A stretch of DNA of 64,000 bases from a virus. The stretch lies in IMG/VR virus record IMGVR_UViG_3300012036_000004, positions 37,736 through 101,735 of that record. One strand, 5' to 3'. The notes beneath the pieces were generated by a model that saw only the letters and a list, made by a program, of their open reading frames with translations, was not told the DNA's origin and made no database searches. Both the position numbers and the translations under genes were made by a program. Shown here piece by piece: positions 46,632 to 53,974 of the stretch. Position 1 is the first letter of the stretch; each line of letters opens with the position of its first letter.

Positions 46632-48217
46632 CAGAACTCCGATCCGTCCAGGGCGAGGGCTGTATTACCAAATGCAGTGCGAACTTGCCGCTGCGAATCT
46701 TCCTGAGAAGTGTAGGCGGATCGAGGCAGCGAAGCGATCTGGTCTGCGCGGCTCAGTGCCACCGACATGTCATAGGCCGTTTGTGCCGACGTCTGTGCAT
46801 TCGGGGTCGACGCCGTCAACGCCAGTGATGCGTACGACTCTCTTGCCTCGTTGAGCTTCTTCGTCTCCGCCTTCGTGACGGCGCGTACCTCGCCCGGTGC
46901 CGGCGCTGTCCGCAGAATGCCGCTGGGGTCAATCGGTACAGGGCGTGTCGAGATGTTGGCGTTCTCAGACGTCTCTCCGTCGAACAGAAGTGAGGCGTCG
47001 CCTCGGAGCTCGAAGTAGAGGACGGGGTCTTGTCGTGCTCTCGAGATGGCCAGAAACTCCTGGAACACTTCATCGAACGCGCCCTTTGTTTGACCTGCTC
47101 GAGCGATGACGTCTCCTGGCAGAACCGAATCACCTGTCGAGACAAGCACTTCTCCGAGATGTCCATACGACGACACCAAAAACCCCTCGTGGTTGATGGT
47201 GACGACGTTGCCTCGCTCTTTGGTGACGGTGACGCTGACGACCTGGCCTCTCGCCACGGCGTGTACGAACTGATTGGGGTCGCCGGCTGTGTCGTACTCC
47301 ACGCCTTCAAAGAACTCGCCCTCAAACCCGGACGGCGTGCCGAATCCTTTGACAACTGCAATCGCAGCCAGCGGCAGCGAGTAGCTGACGCGGTCGACCT
47401 CCGATGGGAACTCTGCAGTCAGCGTCTCGAATCGACCCTGACGCAGGACGCGGATGGTGCGTGTTCTCGACCCTGACGCAGCAGCCGGGTCCGCTGGGTC
47501 TGTTTTGAACCCGGTGGCGCCGCCTTGCTGTGTGATGGACAAAGCTTCCTGAGCGGTAGCCTGAGCCGCCTGAGCAGCGCTCTGGCTTGGGACAAGTATC
47601 TGCGGCGAGCCTGCTTTGGGTGGACAATCCGGAAGCCCGGACGCTGACGGTGCGTTGTACTGACGCCGACTGGAGCTCGGCAGGACCAATGTCGGGTCTG
47701 CGACCTGCGCTTTTCCGTCGGACCACTTCTTGGCGAGACGTCGGAACTTGTTGAGGTACGCGAGTGACGAGCCGCCGAACCGCTCGGAGAGATACTGCTC
47801 CCCCGCTTGCTGGCCCAGGTTGTTCTGAGTCTGAATGTAGCGTTTGAGCGTACCTGGTCCGGATTTCCAGAGAATGGAGATCTTTTCCGGGTCGTAGTTG
47901 TGTCGAGTCGGGCCGCGGGCGTAGCGCTCGGCGTATCGAAGAAACGAATCGATCGAGAGATGTCCATCGCCGTCATGGTCGGTGTTGCGTCGTCCAACGT
48001 CCTTGGCGTTAGCGACGCCGATCTGAAGAAGACCGTAGTACTGCGACGGCTTTCCATTGCGGATGCTGTGCGCGTCCTGGTCCCCTTTTGACTCGATGCT
48101 GATGAGGGTCAGTATGACCCAGTTCGGATACTGCTTGGCTGTGAGGCCCTGGTCCTCTCGGATCTCCTCGATCGCAGGAATCCAACGCCGAATCCTGTCA
48201 TCCGTCGCTTTACCCAC
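46631..48217 (-). CDS. Tail-associated lysin: SLT-like transglycosylase + degenerate M23-like domain
   Basis: ISIESKG...YGLLQI; HAVARGQV...GNVVTINH...YGHL...V..GD.V..GDVIA..G...LYFELR. Confidence 0.7.
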   Translation of the reverse strand: MGKATDDRIRRWIPAIEEIREDQGLTAKQYPNWVILTLISIESKGDQDAHSIRNGKPSQYYGLLQIGVANAKDVGRRNTDHDGDGHLSIDSFLRYAERYARGPTRHNYDPEKISILWKSGPGTLKRYIQTQNNLGQQAGEQYLSERFGGSSLAYLNKFRRLAKKWSDGKAQVADPTLVLPSSSRRQYNAPSASGLPDCPPKAGSPQILVPSQSAAQAAQATAQEALSITQQGGATGFKTDPADPAAASGSRTRTIRVLRQGRFETLTAEFPSEVDRVSYSLPLAAIAVVKGFGTPSGFEGEFFEGVEYDTAGDPNQFVHAVARGQVVSVTVTKERGNVVTINHEGFLVSSYGHLGEVLVSTGDSVLPGDVIARAGQTKGAFDEVFQEFLAISRARQDPVLYFELRGDASLLFDGETSENANISTRPVPIDPSGILRTAPAPGEVRAVTKAETKKLNEARESYASLALTASTPNAQTSAQTAYDMSVALSRADQIASLPRSAYTSQEDSQRQVRTAFGNTALALDGSEF

Positions 48218-48229
48218 GGCCGTCTCCTA

Positions 48230-49306
48230 CTACACCATTTGGTCCTGAAACATGTCGACCAGTTGTCGCTTTCGGTACGACAGTTGCCCCTGCGTCAAGT
48301 TGGTCTTCTTACGCAATTCCTTGTTCGAGAGAATAGGCTTCCCCGAGTATCCTGTCGAGTGTTCGAAGATGAGCTTGTCTTCCGGATTCATGTCGTAATA
48401 GAGCATGTCGACCATGCCGTCGCCCGAATCTGAACCCCACACGCTCTGGTTCTCGAACATCCCCGCGCCCATGTCTCCGGACTCGATGAGCTCGGCATGC
48501 TGGGCCTGTTGCACTTTCGACAGCGTCTTGGGAGCCCACGCCAGGTGGTCCGCCAACTCCTGGTTGGTCGGCTCGCGCCCGTGGACGTCCATGAGTTGTT
48601 GATTCGCCTTGTGCAGATTCTGAACCTTGAGCTTCTTGTACTCAGGCAATCGCACTGCATCCTGGTGCGTGTAGACTTTGCGGGACAGCTTCTTGAGTCG
48701 ATTGGTGACGTGCGTTGCGAGCGCAGCCCCCGCATACGGGTCGTATGACTTGATGGCCTCGAGCGCCAAAGACTTCGCTTTCGACTCCAGCACCGGTCGT
48801 GCAATCGCTCCACTCCACTTGTTCACTTCGACCTGAATCACCGGGTCGAGTGCTTTCATCAGGGGCTTGAGATTCTGTTTGGACGGGTTCTTATTGTACT
48901 CCCGCCACAACTCGAGGTCCTTCTCTTTGCGCTCAGCCCGGGTCATCGAAGTCTTCTCGACTTCAGCCTCCGGGCGAAACCCAACCATGCCGAGTACGTC
49001 GTCGTCGGCACCTTTTCTCGGGTCGTGCGTCTCGTGCGTTGCTCGAGCCTCGAAGAATTGCGTTCGTGACTTGTTCGTGACGACGTCGGGCTTTCGACTG
49101 GACTCGATATTCGTGATCTTGACGCCTGTTTCTTCGGCGACTTCCCGCTCGGCGGCCTCCCGGGGTGTCTCGCCTGCTTCAATACCGCCGCCGGGTCGCT
49201 TAATCTCGTCGTCACCGGGCTCGGCGCCGGACAGCACATTGCCCTCATCGTCTCGGATGTTGACTTCGACGCGTTGGCGAAGTGCTTCGCTAAGTTTGTG
49301 GATCAT
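48230..49306 (-). CDS. Nudix hydrolase - sigma-70-family sigma factor fusion
   Basis: Nudix box GGIEAGETPREAAEREVAEETG. Sigma region 2 (LEAIKSYDP..GA.LATH), VRLP, region 3 (GREPTNQELA), region 4 (EDKLIF...Y...LSNKEL...LTQGQLS). Confidence 0.8.
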   Translation of the reverse strand: MIHKLSEALRQRVEVNIRDDEGNVLSGAEPGDDEIKRPGGGIEAGETPREAAEREVAEETGVKITNIESSRKPDVVTNKSRTQFFEARATHETHDPRKGADDDVLGMVGFRPEAEVEKTSMTRAERKEKDLELWREYNKNPSKQNLKPLMKALDPVIQVEVNKWSGAIARPVLESKAKSLALEAIKSYDPYAGAALATHVTNRLKKLSRKVYTHQDAVRLPEYKKLKVQNLHKANQQLMDVHGREPTNQELADHLAWAPKTLSKVQQAQHAELIESGDMGAGMFENQSVWGSDSGDGMVDMLYYDMNPEDKLIFEHSTGYSGKPILSNKELRKKTNLTQGQLSYRKRQLVDMFQDQMV

Positions 49307-49917
49307 TTCGAGCCTCGTGGCTTCATCTGGTCGAGGAACTCCTGTGCCTTCTCGTAATGGGACCGTGGCTCAGCGAACTCGAGCGACGGCTTCGGCTTGT
49401 CGAGCCTCTCTTTCTTCTTCGCCACCTTCTTTCGCTGATGCTCCTCCTCTTCGGCCCGTTCTTCTTCTTCCACAAGCGCCGGGTCGAGTGTCACCCCTGC
49501 TATCGGCTCAGAGAACTCGCCTTGTACGCTCCAGCCGCCGTACTCCGTCACGCTCTCCTGTGTCATGCCGCCGATGCTTCCTTCCATCGGAAAGCCAGCA
49601 GGAGGCATCGCCCCATACATGAACCGTTGGTTCGCGCGGTCAGACACCTGAAGCTCGAACAGCACCTCGTCCTGCTCATCGACGATTGCCTCGAGCGCTT
49701 CGATGCGTTCGTACAGGTCCCCAAACGTTTGACGTGACTTGTCTTGAATGTCTTTGTCGACCCGCACGCGGTCTTTCGCTTCCAGTGCTGCGCGCTCTCG
49801 CTCGTTGCACGACTTCACACCTTCGCCCACCGCCGTGACAGACACCAGCACCGCCAGCGCGAATGTGCCCCAGGTGAATTTATTCGTCTTCTTCTTCTGC
49901 TCGGGTTCTTCGGACAC
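49303..49917 (-). CDS. Membrane-anchored hypothetical protein
   Basis: N-terminal TM and coiled coil. Confidence 0.65.
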   Translation of the reverse strand: MSEEPEQKKKTNKFTWGTFALAVLVSVTAVGEGVKSCNERERAALEAKDRVRVDKDIQDKSRQTFGDLYERIEALEAIVDEQDEVLFELQVSDRANQRFMYGAMPPAGFPMEGSIGGMTQESVTEYGGWSVQGEFSEPIAGVTLDPALVEEEERAEEEEHQRKKVAKKKERLDKPKPSLEFAEPRSHYEKAQEFLDQMKPRGSK

Positions 49918-49935
49918 GGGAGCTCTCCTCGACGT

Positions 49936-50196
49936 TCATTGATTTGCGTTGAGCGCCAGGAGCATCAGCTGCGCTTTGGGGTCCATGCCCCATTGCTCCG
50001 GAAGGTTGTCCGGCATCTGATACGCGTCTTCATCTTCCTGGAGACGTTTGTGAAGCCCCATCGAGCCCAGGCCCACTGCAGCGACAGTCGGGATGGTCGC
50101 TCCGCTGCCTATCGCGCGTCTCGCCACAGAAGATGCTTCGTCCGTCAGGCCAGCGAGCTTCATGAAATTGATATACCCTTTTTCGAAATTAGTCAT
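49936..50196 (-). CDS. Tag-family small protein
   Basis: Starts MTNFEKGYINFMKLA. Confidence 0.7.
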   Translation of the reverse strand: MTNFEKGYINFMKLAGLTDEASSVARRAIGSGATIPTVAAVGLGSMGLHKRLQEDEDAYQMPDNLPEQWGMDPKAQLMLLALNANQ

Positions 50197-50197
50197 A

Positions 50198-50500
50198 TCA
50201 ACTGAAGGCTCCCTGATAGGTCCGCATGCGTGGGTCTGCCGGGAGGCTTCTACGCATAGCACCTGCCGACGGCGACGCCTTGGCGATGTCGTCGAGCTTG
50301 CCTGTCATCTTGGGCGCCTTGCCGAGCGCACCTCGAAATGCATCTGCAACCGCATGCACGCCTTCGCGCCAGGGCATCTGGGTCCCTGCTTCGAAGAGCT
50401 CGTCTTTCAGACCGGCGTCTTTGTACAGCTCAACAAGGACGTCGTCCTCGTAGCCGGCGACTTTCAAGAAGCTGATGTATCCGTCTTCGAAATGCGTCAT
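50198..50500 (-). CDS. Tag-family small protein
   Basis: Starts MTHFEDGYISFLKVA. Confidence 0.7.
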   Translation of the reverse strand: MTHFEDGYISFLKVAGYEDDVLVELYKDAGLKDELFEAGTQMPWREGVHAVADAFRGALGKAPKMTGKLDDIAKASPSAGAMRRSLPADPRMRTYQGAFS

Positions 50501-50501
50501 G

Positions 50502-51713
50502 TCAGTCGTCCAGTACTTTGCCCAGAAGCCCAGCACCTAGCGTGCCTGCTCCCAGGATAGCGCCAGCTCGGCCTAGTTGTCGAATCTTAGGTTTCGCTTC
50601 GAGAAACGATGCTACGTGCGGGATGGTCTGGCCATACCGACGGTGCTTGACCTTCGTGTGGTCAACAGTCGCCTGAAGAATGTCATCCGGCAACTCTTTC
50701 AGGGACGTGGCAGGATTCGCGTGCGGAAGCTCCGTCTCGCGAATCAGCTGAGAGACTGCTTCCTGCGGCGATTTGTAGAACGCGTCATAGTGTTCGGCAG
50801 ATCCAGGTCCCCACTTCACCGGACCGCCGATGGTGTTCGGCAAGAATCCGCTTCGCATCTCTTCGATGTACTTACGCCCGGAGACGGGAGGGCGGCCCAC
50901 GGGGTTGACGACGTTCTCACGCAAAATGTTGTGTCCCCGAGTCGCGTAGTCGTCGATGAACTTTTCCAGATCTGCTCGACTGGCGCCTTCGCCTGGCGCC
51001 GCGATGTCCATGAACTCCTCCAGACGGGCTTTGCCGCCTTGCGCCACGTTCGGAAGACGCGCGCCGACCTCGTCTGCACCTAATCCACCTGCGCCGCCCG
51101 CCACGCCTACGCCGATGAGCGCATCGTTGGCGTCGAGGCCTTCTTCGGCGAGCTTCATGAAGCTGTAGTAGCCCCGCTCGAATGGTGACATGTGTGCTTC
51201 CTTCTCAGTGGGGCCCAGGCGAGCTCGGCCAATTTCTTTGTTGCCCTGAACAACCCGAACGTCTTTCACCGTCCAGCGCCCAAAGGGGAGTTTTGCGACC
51301 CGCTCCCAGTTCTCAGGGAGTTTCCGGTCCTCATGGTACTCGAGCGTCATGTGCGGCACGAAGCCGTGTTTTTGCTCATCGAGTAGGTCCGCTTCGTTGA
51401 GCGCCTTGTAGATCGACGCGCGGAGCTCGTTGAGTCCTACGCCGTTTGGCTGAAGGACGCGGACAACGGCATCCGGGTTGTCGAACGCCGCAGCACCGTT
51501 GCACTTCATCTGAAACGGTTCGTGGTTCTGCACCACCGGCTCGATGATCTCAAGCGCTCGCTTCGCTTCCTCACGAGTTTTCTGGCCCAAGTACACCAAC
51601 GTGACGTGCAGATTATCCCACTGCGCAAGGTGCGTATGCGGACCCAGCAAATCGCGCCACCCCTTGGGAGGGTAGATCGCGACCATCGTGCTGTTCTCGC
51701 CTACGTCTGCCAC
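50502..51713 (-). CDS. 2H phosphoesterase (LigT/Acb1-like fold) fused to a tag-family domain
   Basis: LHVTL...PHMTL; internal MSPFERGYYSFMKLA at 51191. Confidence 0.8.
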   Translation of the reverse strand: MADVGENSTMVAIYPPKGWRDLLGPHTHLAQWDNLHVTLVYLGQKTREEAKRALEIIEPVVQNHEPFQMKCNGAAAFDNPDAVVRVLQPNGVGLNELRASIYKALNEADLLDEQKHGFVPHMTLEYHEDRKLPENWERVAKLPFGRWTVKDVRVVQGNKEIGRARLGPTEKEAHMSPFERGYYSFMKLAEEGLDANDALIGVGVAGGAGGLGADEVGARLPNVAQGGKARLEEFMDIAAPGEGASRADLEKFIDDYATRGHNILRENVVNPVGRPPVSGRKYIEEMRSGFLPNTIGGPVKWGPGSAEHYDAFYKSPQEAVSQLIRETELPHANPATSLKELPDDILQATVDHTKVKHRRYGQTIPHVASFLEAKPKIRQLGRAGAILGAGTLGAGLLGKVLDD

Positions 51714-51727
51714 GGGTGTCTCCGTTG

Positions 51728-52015
51728 TTACTCGTCGTCTGCCATCGCGCTCATCGCTGCGCCTGTTCCCAGCGCGCCAACACCGAGTCCGCCGAGGCGG
51801 TTCATCGCATCACGGTCCTTGACCATCTGGAGCACTTCCGGCGTGATTTGATGCTTGATTTTGGGGTGACGCATCGTCTCTTGGAGTAGCGCGGGCAGAA
51901 GTGCTGCCTGCCCCATACGCGAGCGAGCTGCCTGGCTCATCGCGTCCATGGCACTCTCAGGTAAGCGCATCGCGAGCTTCATGAAGCTGTTGTAGCCTTC
52001 TTCGTACGGTGTCAT
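51728..52015 (-). CDS. Tag-family small protein
   Basis: Starts MTPYEEGYNSFMKLA; Gly-rich hydrophobic C-terminus. Confidence 0.7.
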   Translation of the reverse strand: MTPYEEGYNSFMKLAMRLPESAMDAMSQAARSRMGQAALLPALLQETMRHPKIKHQITPEVLQMVKDRDAMNRLGGLGVGALGTGAAMSAMADDE

Positions 52016-52230
52016 TGGTTGCCCATCGCCATGTTCATGAACTGCGTGTACCCGCGCTGAAATGGGGACAGTTGGCTCTCTTTTTCGAAGTCATGAGACG
52101 GGTCCATCTTCTTGTACAGACTCATGATGTACGCATGGTTATCGCCTTTATCCTCATTCTCGGCGATCGCCTTGGCCTTCTCCCACTTCTCTTCGTCTTT
52201 GTCGGTATGCACCACGTTGTTCGGCATCAC
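52012..52230 (-). CDS. Small protein with C-terminal copy of the tag
   Basis: DEEKWEKAK...AYIMSLYKKM; ends LSPFQRGYTQFMNMAMGNQ. Confidence 0.7.
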   Translation of the reverse strand: MMPNNVVHTDKDEEKWEKAKAIAENEDKGDNHAYIMSLYKKMDPSHDFEKESQLSPFQRGYTQFMNMAMGNQ

Positions 52231-52610
52231 TCACCTATCCCTTGGCGTGCTCCAACGATGTTACCGCCGAATGCACCGCCTGCTAGTCCCAGAAGTCCCA
52301 GACCCAACGCTTTGCGCGGGTCTCCTTTCATTGCTCGACCGATACCGTATCCGATACCGCCGCCTGCTGCACCTCCCCCGATCATACCCACGCCAGAGCC
52401 GAAACCGGCCGACGCTACGTCGCCCATGTCGCCGCCTCCGAGTCCTGCGCCGATTGCAGCGCCGAGCGGTCCGGGAACAAACGTCGCTCCCAGGGTTGCA
52501 CCGGTTCGCGCGCCTGATTTGTCTTCTTCCATGCCGAGTGCGCCTTTGGCTTCGTCCAGAATGCCTGCGCACTTCATGAAGGTGTAATAGCCGTTTTCGA
52601 AGGGAGTCAT
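52227..52610 (-). CDS. Tag-family glycine-zipper protein
   Basis: Starts MTPFENGYYTFMKCA; GxxxG repeats. Confidence 0.72.
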   Translation of the reverse strand: MTPFENGYYTFMKCAGILDEAKGALGMEEDKSGARTGATLGATFVPGPLGAAIGAGLGGGDMGDVASAGFGSGVGMIGGGAAGGGIGYGIGRAMKGDPRKALGLGLLGLAGGAFGGNIVGARQGIGE

Positions 52611-52840
52611 GTCGCGTCCTTTACTTGTGCGGTGTCCATGCTTCCTGCTCCAGGTCCAGTGCCCGCAGCAGTGACGTGCTCACTCAGGTCTTCCATCTTA
52701 ATGTCTTTGATTTCGTCGGGAACGTCGAGCTCGACTTCCGCGTCGCCCATAAGCGTCTCGAGCTTGGCGCCAATCAGATCGGCCGCCATGTCCGAGGCGA
52801 GCTTCATGAAACTGTAGTAGCCTTGTTCGTACGGTGTCAT
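52607..52840 (-). CDS. Tag-family small protein
   Basis: Starts MTPYEQGYYSFMKLA. Confidence 0.7.
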   Translation of the reverse strand: MTPYEQGYYSFMKLASDMAADLIGAKLETLMGDAEVELDVPDEIKDIKMEDLSEHVTAAGTGPGAGSMDTAQVKDAT

Positions 52841-52848
52841 CGTGTGTC

Positions 52849-53625
52849 CTAGCTCCAATAGCTCTCATTCGACGCCCAGGCAGGTTGAGCTGCTTGCCGC
52901 TTAAACTCCGGCGCCTCCGAAGGAAGCGGGCTGCTACGTACCTTGTTGCGGATGAACCGATCGGGTCGTGTGATTTTGTCGAGAAGACCGGCATGTTTGA
53001 GGTGCTCAGGCATCTCAACGTCGAGGCGGACCCGAGGAAGCATGCCACGTTCGTTGGCGTGGTGAAGACCGGCCGCTCCTGCGCCGAGTGCGCCGAGTCC
53101 GCCGGCAGCCATCAACGCCGGGGTGTAGTCAGGCTCTGCATTGCGCTCCATCACGCCCTTGCCCACGTTGTAGGCGGCGTGCCCGGTCGCTGCGGCGCCC
53201 AGAAGACCCAAAAGTGCAGTACCCGGATGGCGTCGAAGGTGTTGCGGGAGGTCGCTGAGCGCTCGACTCAGGACTTTTCCGCGTCGGCCTTGTCCTTGAA
53301 CCAGGTCTACGAGGTCTTCGACTGGGAGTCCGTCCTCCATCGCTACTTGCGGGAGTCGTTTCCCGGTGTAAACGTTTTTGAGGCCTTCGAGAACACCTGC
53401 GCCGCTGTCGGGCGGAATTCTTTTCAGTCCCAGAAGCTGATCTGCAGTCACCGGTGCGTGTGCGAGACCTACCCCGAGACCCAAACCGTGCAGTGCCATC
53501 TGCGAGTCGGTTTGCTCCCCTTTGACGGCACGAATCGTATTCTTCAGGTCATCGCCGTTTCCAGCGAACCCGGCGAATCCAGCCGTCTTTAGAAACAAAA
53601 AATAACCCTGCTCGAACGGGTCCAT
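52849..53625 (-). CDS. Tag-family protein with Gly/Ala-rich hydrophobic segments
   Basis: Starts MDPFEQGYFLFLKTA; GAGGAG RBS. Confidence 0.72.
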   Translation of the reverse strand: MDPFEQGYFLFLKTAGFAGFAGNGDDLKNTIRAVKGEQTDSQMALHGLGLGVGLAHAPVTADQLLGLKRIPPDSGAGVLEGLKNVYTGKRLPQVAMEDGLPVEDLVDLVQGQGRRGKVLSRALSDLPQHLRRHPGTALLGLLGAAATGHAAYNVGKGVMERNAEPDYTPALMAAGGLGALGAGAAGLHHANERGMLPRVRLDVEMPEHLKHAGLLDKITRPDRFIRNKVRSSPLPSEAPEFKRQAAQPAWASNESYWS

Positions 53626-53699
53626 AAAATCTCCTCTGTGATGGAGACACCATACCGTCGAGCAGGGTCCAAGCCAAGCGGTCGTTTACGGGGTAAACG

Positions 53700-53942
53700 C
53701 TACTCGGACTCGTCGGCCTCCTTGGCCTCTTCCGTGGCAGCCTTGCTGGCACCATCCGTGGCTTCTTCCGTGGCGGCATCTGCGCCAGTGTCACCCGATG
53801 GGGTGGCAGCGGCATCTTCTTGTGCTCCTGCGTCGACTTCGGCGACTGCATCGCTGTCCGGCATGACGTCGGACGACTTCTTCTCACATGCAGTGGCCAT
53901 AACGGCGAACACGGCAAACATAATCAGTAGGTGCTTTTTCAT
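53700..53942 (-). CDS. Small acidic lipoprotein
   Basis: MKK + hydrophobic stretch + ATAC lipobox. Confidence 0.75.
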   Translation of the reverse strand: MKKHLLIMFAVFAVMATACEKKSSDVMPDSDAVAEVDAGAQEDAAATPSGDTGADAATEEATDGASKAATEEAKEADESE

Positions 53943-53974
53943 GATGTTCCTTGGGTTCTATTCATACGCCGTCG

